A DNA stretch of 64,000 bases, taken from assembly GCF_009914755.1 (NCBI RefSeq), contig NC_060933.1; one strand, 5' to 3'. Below are positions 16,592-31,815 of this stretch, one piece after another. This DNA is from the human T2T-CHM13v2.0 reference genome, Homo sapiens. The stretch's first letter is position 1. The number at the start of each line of letters is the position of its first letter. The translations under genes were made by a program, and so were the position numbers. The notes under the pieces were generated by a model that saw only the letters and a list, made by a program, of their open reading frames with translations, did not search any database and was not told where the DNA came from.

Positions 16592-18356
16592 AATGTTGTG
16601 GGAACAGGAAGCAAAAATTTTGCCAGTGGGTCACTTTGGATGATGAGTGGTACCACTTACACTTCTATCTCTTGATTCCTTGACCCATTAATCCTGGCTA
16701 TGAGAGAAATAGTACCATATATTGGATGCTGATTCATGGCATATATACCCTTCTGGAGAACTTTGCTGCAGTCCTGCAAAGAATTATCCCCTAGTTGGCA
16801 CTGTAATCGTGATTTCAAAAGGCCATTGCACTTTTCCCTTAATGCAGCTGCTTCAGGATGATGGGCAACATGGTAAGGCCAGCGAATGCAATGAGCAAAA
16901 GCCTTTGCTACACCTCTTTGTGAAGTAAATTCCTTGGTGAGAAGCAATGCTGTGTGAAGTACCATGGAGGTGGATGAGGCATTCTGTGAGTTCACGTGTG
17001 GCAGTCTTGGCAGAAGCATTGCATTCAGGAAAAGCAAACTCATATCCAAAGTGTCTATTCCAGTACAGACAAACTGCTACCCATTCCATGAGGGAAATCA
17101 TCCAAAGTAATCGATCTGCCATCAGCTAGCTGGCTGATCACCCTGAGAAATGGTGACATATTGAGGACTCAGTGTTTCTCTCTGCTGTTAGACTGGGCAC
17201 TCAGCAGTGGTGGTAGCCAGGTCAGACTTGGTGATTTGCAGTCCATGTTGCTAAGCTCATGCATAGCCTCCATTCTTTCTACCATGACCACTTTATTAAT
17301 GAGCCCACTTTATTAATGGCTGAGTAAAGGGGCTATGTGGAGTTCAAATTACAGAACAGGTCATCCTATCCACTTGATTATTAGAATGCCCCTCTGCTGA
17401 GGTCACACTTTTGTGAGCATTAACATGAGACACAAAGAGCTTCACTTTTTTTTTACCACTCAGAGTGGTCCATTTACATACCTCTTCCCCAGATTTATTT
17501 GTTGCCAATTATCCAGTTATGCTCCTTTCAAGATTCTGGTCACCCAGCCAAACAATTGGGTACAGCCCATGAATCAGTATATAATCACACATCTGGCCAT
17601 TTCTTTCTCCAAGTAAAGTGCACAACCAGGTGCATTGTTCAAAGTTCTGCTCACTGGAAAGATTTGCCTTCACCACCTTCCTTCATGGATGTCCCAGAAA
17701 GGTCCGGTAGTGCTGCAGCTGTCCAGTTTCAGGTGGTGCCTGCGTCAGGCAGAACCACCTGTAAACTAGGGCCTAGTATTCTCTTCCTGTAAACTTCAAG
17801 TTCCTCATATGGAACTCCCTATGAGGTCATTGGTGCAGGCTTGGAGAGAGAAGGCAGGGCGGCATGAGTGGGGAACCTGGGCATTTGGGCCACTTCCTTA
17901 TGTAACTTACTTGCGCCTTCAGGACTTGCTCAAGACTGATCATGTATATACCACTTCCATTTGATACTGGAATGCTACTATGCACATCCAACTTTATGGC
18001 TAGATGGGTCAGAAAGCACACAGTTCATACTACGAAGTTCAGATTGCCTGATAACTTGGTGCAAATGCATGATAACTTGATAGTCAAATGTTCAGTTTCT
18101 ATCAAGGGCAGTGGTAGGCCATGATCTGTCTCTCAAAAGACTAGTTATCTGCAGAAGATGGTAGGACCTTGCTCCAAAACCCTAAAGGCCTTTGTTGTGA
18201 TTCATTTACAGGGCCCTACCAAAGGCTCCAAACAGTATCCATATCTGCTGTTTGGGCACCACAAGTACCATTGGATCTGCTGGGTCATAAGGCCCAAGTG
18301 GCAGAGTAGCCTGGACCTGTTGCAGAGCCTTCTTCTGTTCTGGGACTAACAGTCTG

Positions 18357-18938
18357 TTTTTTTTTTTTTTAATATGTTTATTATACTTTAAGTTCTGGGA
18401 TACATGTGCAGAACGTGCAGGTTTGTTACATAGGTATACACATTTCATGGTGGTTTCCTGCACTCATCAACCCATCATCTACATTAGGAATTTCTCCTAA
18501 TGCTATCCCTCCCCTAGTCCCCCACCACCTGACAGGCCCCAGTGTGTGATGTTCACCTCCCTGTGTCCATGTGTTCTCATTGTTCAACTCACACTTATGA
18601 GTGAGAATATGTGGTGTTTGGTTTTCTGTTATTGTGTTAGTTTGCCGAGAATGATGGTTTCCAGTTTCATCCATGTCCCCGCAAAGGACATGAACTCGTC
18701 CTTTTTTATGGCTGCCTAGTATACCATGGTATAGATGTGCCACATTTTCTTTATCCAGTCTATCAATGACGGGCATTTGGGTTGGTTCCAAGTCTTTGCT
18801 ATGGTGAACAGTGCCACAATAAACATATGTGTGCATGTGTCTTTGTAGTGGAATGATTTATAATCCTTTGGGTATATACCCAATAATAGGATTGCTGGGT
18901 CAAATGGTATTTCTGGTTCTAGATCCTTGAAGAATCAC
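18357..18938 (-). mobile_element. 5'-truncated L1PA7-like 3' end inserted in HERV-L pol
   Basis: Poly(T) followed by ttatactttaagttctgggatacatgtgcagaacgtgcagg. Confidence 0.88.
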
Positions 18939-19041
18939 AGAAGGATATGAATTAACAGCCTTTTGGATCACTCAATAAATAGGCCAGAGCACCCCACCCA
19001 AATGAGGAATGTACTGCCTGCAAAATAAAATTCAAATAGAC

Positions 19042-19416
19042 TGATTTGGTTTGGCTCTGCATCCCTACCCAAATCTCATCTTGAATTGTACTCCCATAAT
19101 TCCCACGTGTTATTGGAGGGACCTGGTGGGAGATATTTGGATCATGGGGGTGGTTTCCCACCTATTGTTCTCATACTAGTGAATAAGTCTCACGAGATCT
19201 GATGGCTTTATCAGTGTTTCTGCTTTTCTGTCTTTCTCATTCTGTCTTTGCCTGCTGCGATCCATATAAGACAGGACTTGCTCCTCTTTGCTTTCCACCA
19301 AGACTGTGAGCCTTCCCCAGCTATGTGGAACTGTAGATCCAATTAAACCTCTTTCTTTTGTAAATTGTCCAGTCTCAGTCATGTCTTTATCAGCAGCATA
19401 AAAACGGACTAATACA
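19042..19416 (+). mobile_element. THE1 (B/C-like) solo LTR
   Basis: tgatttggtttggctctg...cccaaatctcatcttgaattgta ... acggactaataca; 5-bp TSD TAGAC. Confidence 0.9.
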
Positions 19417-19940
19417 TAGACCTGCTAGACTAATACATAGATCCCCTTTCTTGGTTGTAGGAGGGACCAAATTCAACAACTTATATCCTTTACCTTAGAA
19501 GAAATATTTTGACAAGCCCCACACCACTGGATCCTAGAAATTTCACTTAGGTAAAAGAGTCTGATTTATTTCCCACTGCCTGACATGAAAAGGTCTCACC
19601 AATAAGTCCAGAGTGGTATATCCCTGAGGTAGGATAGTAAAGGTATATTTCTGGCCTTGCCAGCTGAAGGCAAATTGCTTCTGATGGGCCTTATGGACAA
19701 GTATGTAGAAAAAGGCATTTGCCAGATCAACAGCTGCATGCCAGGTACATTTAATTTTATTTCTGTGGCATTAGTTGTAATGTCTTCTCTTTGATTTCTG
19801 ATTTTATTTATTTAAGTCTATGAGTCTTCTCTCTTATTTTCTTAGTTTAGCTAAAATTTTGTCAATTTTATGTTTTCAGAAAATCAACTCTTATGATTGT
19901 TTTTGCTTTTCTATCCTCTATTTTTAAATTTCTGTTCTAA

Positions 19941-20504
<564 letters not shown>

Positions 20505-21283
20505 TAATTTCCCTCTTAATTTCTCTTTTGAACCATTAGTTGTTTAATAGTGTGTTGTTTGGTTGCAAATATTTGTGAATTTTGTAGTTTTCTTTCAGCT
20601 ATTGATTTCTAGTTTCATTCCATAGTGGTTGGAAAAGATACTGGATATAATTTTAATCTTATGTTTATTAAGAATTGATCTGTAACCTAACATGACTGAT
20701 GGTCTAGTTGAAGAATATTCCATGTGTGTTTGAGAATAATGTATATTCTTCTGCTATTGGGTGAGAATTTAAATACATCTGGTTAGTCCATTTAGCCTAC
20801 AGTATTGTTCAAGTCTGCTGTTTCTTTGTTGATTTTCTGTTGGTTGTTCTATCCATTATAAAAGTGGGGTATTAAAGTATTCTATTATTAATGTATTCTG
20901 CCCATTTCTTTTTTTCAATTCTGTCAATGTTCCCTTTCAAATATAAGTGTCTAATTTTGGATGCATGTATATTTATAATTGTTCTATTTTCCTGGTGAAT
21001 AGTCATTTGTATCATTACATAATGTTCTTCTTTGTCTCTTGTGACTGTTTTTGACATAATGTCTATTTTAATTGACATAAATATAGCCACCTCTGCTCCC
21101 TCTTGGTTACTATCTCCATGGGATACATTTTCCTATCCCTTCACTTTCAGAAGTTCTTAAATCTAAAGTGAGACACTTGTGGTTAGCACAGTTGGATCTT
21201 ATATTTTTATTTAAAAAAAATCCATTCAGCCATTTCATGTCTTTTGATTTGGGAGTTTAAACTATTTACATTTGAAGTAAATA

Positions 21284-22515
21284 CAGTTATGCACCCACGT
21301 ATCGCATAATGACCTTTTGGTCAATGATGGACCACATATTCAAGATTATAATAGATTATAATGGTGATAAAATATTTCTACCACTTAGTGATGTTGTAGC
21401 TGTCATAGCATCACAGGACGACATGTTATTCATGTGTTAGTGGTGATGTTTGTATAAATAAACCAACTGCACTGCAAGTCATATAAAAGTCTACCACAAA
21501 CAATTATGTATACAATACATAATACCTGATAATGATGATAAATTCCCACAACTATGGCTTACGTATTTACTATACTATACTTTTTATTATTATTTTAGAG
21601 TGCACTCCTTCTATTTAAAAAATAAAGTTAACTGCATCATGGCCTCAGGCAGGTCCTTCAGCAGGTCTTCCAGATAAAGGCACTGTTACCAAAGGACATG
21701 ACAGTTCCATGTGTATTACTGCCCCTGAAGACCTTCCAGTGGGACAAAGTGTGAAGATAGAAGACAGTAATATTGATGATCCTGACCCAATATAGGCCTC
21801 GGATAATGTGTGTGTTTGTGTCATAGTTTTAACAAGAAAGTTTAAAAAGTAAAAATAAATAAAAACAATTTTAAATAGAAAAATGCTTATAGAATAAGGA
21901 TATAAAAAAGAATGTATTTTTGTACAACTGTACAACGTGTCTGTTTTAACCTAAGCATTATTACAAGAGTCAAAAAGTTAATAAAAATTTAGAAGTATAT
22001 GAAGTTAAAATGTTACAGTAAGCTGAAGTTAATTTCTTATTGAAGAAAGAAAAACATTTTTAAATAAATTTAGTTTAGCCTAAGTGTGCAGTGTTTATAA
22101 AGTATACAGTAGCATACAGTAATATCTTATACCTTCACATTCACTTATCATTCACTCACTGACTCAATTAGAACAACTCCAGTCCTGTAATCTTCATCTA
22201 TGGTGTGTGCCCTACACAGGTGTACATCTTCTTTTAAATATTTTTTACCATATTTTTACTATGCCTTTGCCTTGTTTAGACATCTTTAGATACATATATA
22301 CTGACCATTGTCTTACGATCACCTACAGTATTCAGTACAGTAACATGCTGTACAGTTTTCTAACCTAGGCGCAATAGGCTATACCATATGGCCTACATGC
22401 ATAGTAGTTTGTACCATCTAGGTTTGTGTAAATACACTCTATGGTGTTTGCACAATGATGAAATTGCCCAAAGATTTCACAGAACATATCCTTGCCATTA
22501 AGTGATGCTTGACTA
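21284..22515 (+). mobile_element. Tigger3b DNA transposon (TcMar-Tigger)
   Basis: TA-flanked termini cagttatgc...gcttgacta; ggtcaatgatggaccacatat and cctcaggcaggtccttcag motifs; about 1.2 kb. Confidence 0.88.
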
Positions 22516-24592
22516 TATTGATATGGAACAATTTTCTACTCCCCTTTTCAAAACAAAGTTGTTTGTCTTATAGTTCTTTTGTTCCTTTTTCTCTCTTCCT
22601 GGTTTATTCTGTGTTTTGTTAATTTTGTTGTTGACATGCATTGATTTTTTTCTCTTTCTATTTTATGTAATTTCAATGGTACGTTATTTTTGTGGTTACC
22701 ACGGGGCTTACATAAATTATCTTTAATTATAACAGTCTTTTTAAAGTTGATAACAACTTAACTTCCATCACAAACAAAAATTCTATATTTTACCCTCACA
22801 CACACTTTACGTATTGATGCCACATTTTACATCTATGTATATTGTGCATTTGTTTCATACTTTTAGTTACAGTTATTTTAAATACTTTTATATTTTAACA
22901 TTTGTACTTGAATTAAAAGTTATTTAATGATCACCATTCCAATAATACACGTTCTGGTTTTGTCTACATAGTTAGCTTTACCAATGAGCTTTATACTTTC
23001 TTAAACTATTGTATCACCATTTCTCTTTGGTTCAAGTTGAAGAATTCTCTTTAGCATTTCTTGTAAGGCAGATCTAGTAGTGATGAAGGACTTCAGCTTC
23101 TGTTTGTATGTGAAAGTCTTTATCTATCTTTCCTTTTTGAAGGACAATTTTGCCAAGTATAGTATTCACACTTGACAAGTTTTTTTTTCTTTTTTTCAGC
23201 ATTCTGAATATATCATCTCATTCACTTTGAACTGCAGAATTTGTGGTGAAAAAATCCACTTTTAGTCTTTTTAATATTACCTTGTATATGACAAATCACT
23301 TTTCTCTTGCAGCTTTCAAAATTCTCTTTGTCTTTGACATCTGAAAATATGATTATAATGTGTCTCAGTGTGAATTTCTTTAGATTCTTCTCACTTGAGG
23401 TCATTTGGGTTTTCTGTATCTGAATGTGAATTTCCTTGCCCAGATTTAGTAAATTTTCAGTTATTATTCCTTTGAATAATCTTTCTGCTCCTTTATCGTT
23501 CTTCTTCTTTTTAGACTTCTATAATACATATATTGTCCAACTTAATGGCATCTTATAAGTCCTGTCATAAGCTTTCTTTGCTCTTTTTCATTGCTTTTTC
23601 TTCCTCCTCTGACAGGATATTTTCACATAATCTATCCTTAAGTTGACTGATAATTTCTGCTGCATTAGTCTGCTTGCTGTTGAACTCTTTCACTGAAATT
23701 TTTTTAAAAAAATTTATTCATTGTTGAAAGTCTTACTTTGTCATGAATTGTTCTCCCGAGTTCATTAAGCCTATTTATGACAATTATTTTGAATTATCTC
23801 TCTGGTAACTTATATCTCTGCTTCCTGAGGGTTAATTCCTGGAGATTTATCTTCTGTCTGTATTGTGGGTATAGTTCCCTGTTTACTCCTTTAGGCTTTC
23901 TCCCAGAAAATTTGGAACTTCTGCACATGGTTCAACTCTTTTCCTCTCAGGCAGAGGCTGGAAGCTGGAGCATTTCACCACTTACCCCATGTTGAGCCAT
24001 GGGGAAGAGCTGTGGTGAAAGCCCACATGCTGGTTCAACCTACCGGCTTGCCCCCCAAAGGTCTAGGCTATGCTGGACCCTCTCAATGCTTTAAGAAAGG
24101 AGACATAAAAGCCAGTCCCTCAGATAACACCCAGAAATTTGAGACATTGGGTGCGCTGTCTAAGGCTTTTCCTACCCAAGGAGTAGCTGGGGGCTGAAAG
24201 TTATTTTTTGCTTCACTCACCTCCATGTTGAGCCAGAGAGAGGGCCTTTGTTGAATATCTGTATGCTAGTTAAAACCACTGCCTTTGTTACGTTAGGTCC
24301 CATCAGCACTCCAAGACAGTAAGATAAAAGCCACTCTCTTGGGCAATACCAAGAAAAACTGAGGTGTGGATATGCTGTCCAACTCTCTGCATCCTCAGGG
24401 AGAATCTGAGGATTTCCTCACGACTGCATGTACAGTGCTGTGCCAGGGTGGGGATTACGGTGAGAGGGTGTTGCTAATTTAAACGCGACTGGCTTTGCAC
24501 TCACCCATGGTACAGGAGCTTTTCCACTAGTTCCCAGATTTCTCACGAAAACAATTGATCTGCATATTGCCGTTATACTTGTGTGTCCCTAG

Positions 24593-24912
<320 letters not shown>

Positions 24913-25214
24913 AGAAGTATTTTTTATTGTAGGGAAAACTGGAAACAATTTAAATGGAAAAAGATAAATGAAAATCAATGAAGTATACTAATATAATGTA
25001 ATATATACAGCTGTTACTATTAATGAAAAAGATATAAATTCCAAATAATGAATTTAAAAGTAAACTGAAGAATAAAAACTGACATATATCATTAATATAA
25101 TTAAATAGTACTATATGTTTGTCATCAATAATATACTAATATTTAACAAAATATTAAATAATATGGGTCAATATAACAATAAAATAAAACTACAGTCCTT
25201 CATTTAAATTAAAT

Positions 25215-26320
25215 AAAATAATTTGCCAGGCAGTTACTAGGCATTGGAAATAAAGTTGCTGAATAATTGTAACCCTTTGAAGAATTTATAGACCAGTAGA
25301 AAAAAAAAAATTCTAAGGCAGCGGCGCTGGTGATGGTATCAAGAAGAGAACAGAAGTTGTGGTAAATGTGCATAGTAAGGTGAACATGTTAAATCCATTT
25401 CCTGCTTCCTATCTTTGTGAGCCATTTGATTCCTTTATTTACAGTTTACCAAAGAAGTTCCAGCATTTCAACTTCCTTTAATATAAGCCACCATGGGCCT
25501 ACATTTTAGTCAACCAATCAATTAAGCAATAGAGATACTGCTGGCTTAGCTGCTCATGGTAATATGTGCTAAATTCAGAATCTCTGGGCCATCTTTCCAT
25601 ATCAAGAATTTAGCTCAATCCATCAGCATTTTCCTTTCTCCCTGGTATAATTGCTTTACAATCCATTTACAATATATACTCCAAAGTCTCTACAGGTGTT
25701 AAATGGATAATAATTATAAAAATATTTTGTTGTGTATAGCATCTTGTCTCATTTCACATTTTGGTATGTACTCATCCTGTTGTGGTGGGTACCTGTTTAT
25801 TTCCCTGTGGCCTGCTGGTATTTGAGCCTAGTTACGGATCAAGGAATAATCAGGGTGTTAAGGCTGATTGTTAAGGAGGACCAGTATTCACTTTAAATGC
25901 AATTAACTCATACTTGATGATTATGTTTTTCAGACAAAGGGAGACAAAGCTGATAAGGAAAGCTTAAATTTCAATGCATAGAGTTTAGCTAACAGTATGA
26001 GTGGGAGAAGGAATTCTACAGGGAGCCAAGACAGAGCAAGGGATCAACAGCATAAAAGGGCATGGTGAGAGGGAGGAGTCCCACATACAATCGAGTACAC
26101 AATAATGCAGTAACTCCCGAGACACAAGTCAGTAATAGTTAAAGGAAGACCACATCATAGGTGTCCTTTTAAATGATATGTAGGTTTTAGATTTTGGACA
26201 AAGAGCTATTAAATACTTTTGAGCAAAGGAGAAATATAGTCATATTAGAACTTTAGACAGAACACTCTGGCTAAAATGTGAAGAATGGATTTTAGATGGG
26301 CAAAATGGACAATACAAATT
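25215..26320 (-). mobile_element. L2 remnants, interrupted
   Basis: gccaggcagttactaggcattgg; tttgagcaaaggagaaatatagtcatattagaactttagacagaacactctggct. Confidence 0.55.
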
Positions 26321-26779
26321 TTGATGTTTATGTTGCTAATATTTGGAAATAAATATTGTGAAAAATAAGACATTTAATTGATTAAAGGCAATGAGTATGG
26401 GGGAGTTACTTGCCAGTGGAAAGCTTAAAATTAAGTGGCATGAGAACAAATATACTGAAATAAGTGTTATAAAACCTTTTGTTCTGAACTCATGTGTCTT
26501 TTTAAACTATTTGACCTTGAATATGGGAATCAAAAGCACCTATTATTAGTGGCTTTTGTGTGTCAACATTTAAGCAGCAGAATGCATAAAGAAAGAGAAT
26601 ACGCTCAGATGAAACCCAGAGGAAATTTAGAATATGGCTATTTTGCAACTGGTGAGTTTCTGGCAGGGAAATTGGAATAGAGATGAATTTTCTGGAAGAA
26701 GTATAAAGAAGTTTTGTGCAGGTTGTTAAAACAATGGTGATTGAATCTAAATATCCGTAGACAGATGAAAGTATAAAAG

Positions 26780-27175
26780 ATGTAGTAAATACATATATTG
26801 AAATATTATACAGGCTTATAAAAGAAGAACATTCTATTACATGCTACATGGATAAAACTAGAGGACATAATGATAAGTAAACTATGACAGCCAGAAAATG
26901 ACAAATACTTTAAGATCCTACTCATATGAAGTATTTAAGAGTCAAAATCAGAGAAAGAGAAAGTACAATGATGGTTGCCAAGGATGGAGAGATAGCAGAA
27001 GGAGAGTTAGTGCTTAATAAATACAGAATTTTAGTTTTGAAAGATGAAAGAGTTCTAGAAGATTCACAACAATGTGAATATACATTGAGTAGTGCTAAGG
27101 CACTACTCAAATATACACATAAAAATGCTTGACTGTAAATTTAATGTTATGCATTTTTACCACATTTTAAAAAAA
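26780..27175 (+). mobile_element. L1MB-type 3' end
   Basis: catgctacatggataaaactagaggacataatgataag; agttttgaaagatgaaagagttctag. Confidence 0.75.
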
Positions 27176-27836
27176 CAAATAAACAATGGAGAGTATAGTG
27201 TGAAATTTGTGCCCAAGCTCTGCATGGCAGATTGATTTTTGAGCCCTTTCACAGAAATATTTTTATCACTAAATATTATATAAGTTATTTCCTGAAAGAT
27301 GTTTGAGGCTTTGGAAAAAAACAAAGCTATAAAGTCATGGGAATAATGAGGAGCAGTGGCACTCATGGGCCTGGGCAGAGTGGAGGGAAAGCATGTGTGA
27401 AGGGAGTGAATTTTTTTTCTTTCTTCACTTTTTTTTAATATTAAGATAAAACTGACATATGGTGAAAAGCAGTTTCCACAAATGCATTTAACTGTCACCA
27501 TCACTGTAGTCAAGATATGGAAAATATCCAACCCAACACAAAGTTCCCTCCTGCCTCTTTTCACTCAGTTCCTGCCTTCCAAAGCTAACTGTTGTACTAA
27601 TAATTCCTACTATCATAGGAATAATTCAGTAAAGATTTCTAAAAGGACTAGTTGTTTGAAGTCATAGTGGCTTAGATCTCATGCATATTAGGGAATTCTG
27701 TGGAATTAAGGATATCATAGCTGACTTTTAAAATGTAGGGATAAGAGGAAGGATGGCAGAAATATCAGGAGAGAAGACTGAATGGGGCAAGAGCCAGAAA
27801 ATTCAGAAATTTTAGTTCATTGAAAATAAGTTTATA

Positions 27837-28194
27837 GGCCTGCCTAATGGCTCATGCCTGTAATCCCAGCACTTTGGGAGGCCAAGGTATGAGGATCACT
27901 TGAGCCTAGGAATCTGAGACCGGCCTGGACAACATGGGAAGACCTCATCTCTACAAAAAATTAAAAAATTAGCTGAGCATGGTGGCATGTGCCTGTGGTT
28001 CCAGCTACTTAGGAGTCCAAGGTTAGAGGATTGCTTGAGCCCAGGAGGTTCGAGGCAGGAGTGAGTTGTGATTGTGCTACTGCACTCCAGCCTGTGTGAC
28101 ACAATAAGGCCGTGTCAAAAAACAAAACAAAAAAAAAAAGAAAGAAAGAAACAAGAGGAAAGAAAGAAAGAGAGAAAGAGAGAGAGAAAAAAAG
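27837..28194 (+). mobile_element. AluJ with A/GAAA-rich tail
   Basis: AluJ diagnostics (ggatcacttgagcctagg); TSD gaaaataag(c)tttata. Confidence 0.92.
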
Positions 28195-28224
28195 AAAAAT
28201 AAGCTTTATATATTCAACTACATC

Positions 28225-28640
28225 AATGGTTTTTAAATTTTACTATGCTTTAGAATCATCTGTAGAATCTTCAAAATGTTCAGTTGCAAAGATTTCTCTC
28301 TCTTTTATGAGATACTGGTTTGTTAGGCCTGAAAGAAGCCCAAACACTAATACAGGTCCTCTGATCCCTGTGAAATTTGTGATAACTAGGGCCGTAGACC
28401 AGTGACTTTCAAAGCTCAGCATGCATCACAGGCTCCTGGGGAGTTAGATTAAAGCCAGCACAGCCCCAGGCTTTCTGATGTATTACATCTGGGTAGAATT
28501 TCGGGGTCTGAATTTTCAACAGATCTCATCTAGTAAGGTGAGGCTGATGGGAGGACCATATTTTGAGAACTACCATGTGGGACATCGATTTATTACCAGT
28601 TTAGAATGTCCAACAGAATCACTAGGGGATCTTACTAAAA
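28225..28640. mobile_element. Cluster of MER5-like hAT-Charlie fragments
   Basis: cagtgactttcaaagctcagcatgcatcac...catattttgagaactac and similar neighbouring pieces. Confidence 0.55.
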
Positions 28641-30552
28641 ATACCTACATGCAGAACCCAACCCTCATACCTCCCCTCTTTCCTAACTCCTGCTCTGCTC
28701 CCAACTTACCCTCATCCCTATTTCTGATATGCCCTAGAATAGGAGATGTAGTTTGAAAGCTCTTTCTAGGTTGAGTTGTTAGAAAATCAAACGTGATAAC
28801 AAATCAAAAGTGTTCTTAACCATAAAGGGCAATATGTATGAAATATATTAATTTTGTTTCTAACAGTATACCAATATTACACAATACAGTCTCAAGTTCA
28901 GAACAATTCCTGTGTGATCCAAGTTGCCAAGCTGTATATTTAGAATGAGAGGGGAAAAATCTTACAGAGGAACAATAGAAATATGATACATTTTAGAAAC
29001 AGTTATTATCTGTTTTTATGCCTATTTGTATAAATGTTAGAAATGTTAGTTTGTATCTTACACTCTGTGTTATGCAGTGAACAGCAGTATTTGATTAACT
29101 GTGTGTCCTTGTATGCTATTTGCTTGATATTTAGAAGTACTTTAGTTCAAAACACATCACACCCTGAGTGTGCTTGGTAAAGTGGGAATTGTTTTCACAG
29201 GTACTAAATGATAAAATATTGATAGAAAAAGAGAACCAACTCACATTCTGTAATCATTATGGAGAGTTCAGTGGAAGAAAATGGGGCAAAGACCAGCCTT
29301 TCAAATAATACCTACTGAATAAAAGCAATTTTTCTGTGATAAATCGAAGAAGGTAATTGTGAAGTGGAATAACCACTTTCTTCAGAAAGTCCCTCCCAAC
29401 AAAATAAGAACGTATGGTAAACTCTTATAAAAGGTGTCAGCTGAAGATGGTTGTAGTATGAGGTTATTATTCTACTTTCTCCAGTTCTAGAAAAGGAAAT
29501 TCAAAATAAAAATAGCTCTTTGAAACATACTGTGATTACATTGTGTGGGAAAACAAAAATGAAACAACCGCCACCAAAAAAAAAAAAAAAAAACCACACA
29601 AAAAAAAAAACAAAACAAAACTGCCTTTGATCAACTCATTAAAACTATTAAAAAGCAACATTCCAAATATATCTTCCTTAAAAATGTTTTGGATTAGAAA
29701 AGTAAATCTTTCAGAATTGCCTTTTTCTGCTTTATAAGGATTTTCCTTTCTGTCTTGAGAAGCTAAAAGAAGAGAGTTGGATAAGAGAGAAAAGTCAAAA
29801 TGCCAGAGCTCAAGGCAAGCAAGAGAAGAAGGCAAACTTTCCAGTCCATCACTGATAATATTTTTTTTGCTTTGTTTTAATCCTTATAAAGTGGAGGTTG
29901 TAAATGTGTTTGGTGAATATTTATTAAACTTCATTTAATGCTGAGTGAATATATAGCCACTAGAATAGTTAGGAACTAGAAGGTATGTAGTAGTCATGAT
30001 CTTGCTTTTAAGACTAATTCCAGCTGCAGTCAGACCTCACCAGAAGTCAACACTGTTCCAGGCTTGAGGAAACTCACTTTGAGATTGATAAAGTGGAGTA
30101 ATTAAGTTAACGGCTTGGTTCCCATATCTTAAGGTGTCAAAGAGCAGGTGAACTTTCAGGAAATGAAGGAGCCAGAGCCAGCTAGAACACAAACCATTTG
30201 AGAAGCAGGTGGAAGAACAGGGTAAGTGTATCTAGATTAAATCAGGCTAGGTTAAGAGGAGTAACTATTGGCAACTGTTTCTAGGAGAAATGAGCTAAAT
30301 ATAATTATGACAAATTCAAATGCCCAGCAAGATACATTTGTTAAAATCTTGTGTTAAATTATTTACCACTTTATCTCTTCTATAGTGACTACATTATTTA
30401 CATTTCTGCTATCACAATAAAATGAATTTTGGTATATAGCCTTTTATTTATTTTTATTAGAAACAGGCAATATATATTTGAAACAGGTAATATATATTTA
30501 CCCAAAATATATTAGTAGTCACATAGTACAACTTTGGCTGCATTTCCAATTT

Positions 30553-30873
30553 TTTTGTTCTTTCTTTTTTCTTTTTTTTTTTTTTTTTTCTCAGACAGGC
30601 TCTTGCCCCATCACCCAGGCTGGAGTGCAGTGGTGTAATCTCAACTTCACTGTAGTCTCTACCTCCTAGGCTCAAATGATCGTCCCATCTCAGCCTCCCA
30701 AGTAGCTGGGACTACAGGTGCACCACCATGTCTGGCTATTTTTTGTATTTTTTTGGTGGAGATGGAGTTTTGCCATGTTGCCAGGCTGGTCTTGAAAATC
30801 TGGGCACAAATGATCCCTCTGCCTGGGCGTCCCAAAGTGCTGAGATTACAGGCGTGAGCCACCGTGTCCCGCT
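30553..30873 (-). mobile_element. AluJ
   Basis: Antisense Alu; TSD catttccaattt. Confidence 0.92.
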
Positions 30874-31455
30874 CCATTTCCAATTTCTGTTTTATAAGGG
30901 GTATGTATTAGTCTTCCTTTAACAACACAGAACACAAAACTTGAAACATTCACAGAGTATATTCTTGAATGGACTGTCATGTTGTATAAAAAGTCTGCCT
31001 GAGACTGTGTTATTTAGAGAAGATAGTCAAAGGGATCAGCAATTCAACTCTAAATTCTTCTCTTAGATTTAGTTAGGTGTACTTAGATCACAAGTGACTA
31101 GTCCATGCAATATCACCTTCTCTCTCTGAGGTCCTTTCTGAGGTTATATCCTCAGCTTTTGCTAAAGGATGTTATAAGAAATAGCTATTTGGAAATGAGT
31201 TTGTCATTTAGCACAAAGCTGTAATAAAGAGCATGGTGGAGTACATTGTTTATAAACATCCCAGATGAAAAATGTCTTTGGGAATTTATTCTTGCAAGAA
31301 CTTTTTCTTCTAAGTAACATGTTTTCTACAACAAATATACATGGTAACTTCTCCCACTGCCCCCACACCCCACACCAAAATATACCTAAAAGGCTAAGAG
31401 AATGAATTCCAGAGACTGGTTCTATGGCTTATGTCCTAAAAAATGACTAGGTAAG

Positions 31456-31815
31456 TAATATGGTTTGGTTGTGTCCCCACCCAAATCTCATCTTGAATTA
31501 TAGTTCCCATAATTCCCACATGTCATGGGAGGGACCAGTTGGAGATAACTGAATCATGGGGGCGCTTTCCCCCATCCTGTCCTTCTGATAGTGAGTTAGT
31601 TTCCATGAGATCTGATGGTTTTATAAGGGGCTTCCTCCTTCACTGAGCACTTATTTTCTCTTCTGCTTCCCTGTGAAGAGGTGCCTTCTGCCAATCATGG
31701 CAAGTTTCCTGGGGCCTCCCCCACCATGTGAAACTGTGTGTCAATCAAACCTCTTTCCTTTATAAATTACTAGTCTTGGTATTTCTTCACAGCAGTGTGA
31801 GAAAGGACTAATTCA
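31456..31815 (+). mobile_element. THE1D/MST-like solo LTR
   Basis: taatatggtttggttgtgtccccacccaaatctc ... ggactaattca; 5-bp TSD GTAAG. Confidence 0.9.

Larger units (their letters stand above)
15781..19748 (-). mobile_element. HERV-L/ERVL internal region (pol RT-RNaseH-integrase and dUTPase), 5' half missing
   Basis: Integrase-like HHPEAAALREKCNGLLKSRLQCQLG; RT connection QKKALQQVQATLPLGPYDPADPMVL; dUTPase ORF. Confidence 0.9.

Noticed and set aside
29550-29622. Orphan poly(A) tract as a retro-insertion
   Set aside because: The candidate TSD (aaaacaaaa) is low complexity and no element body is attached.
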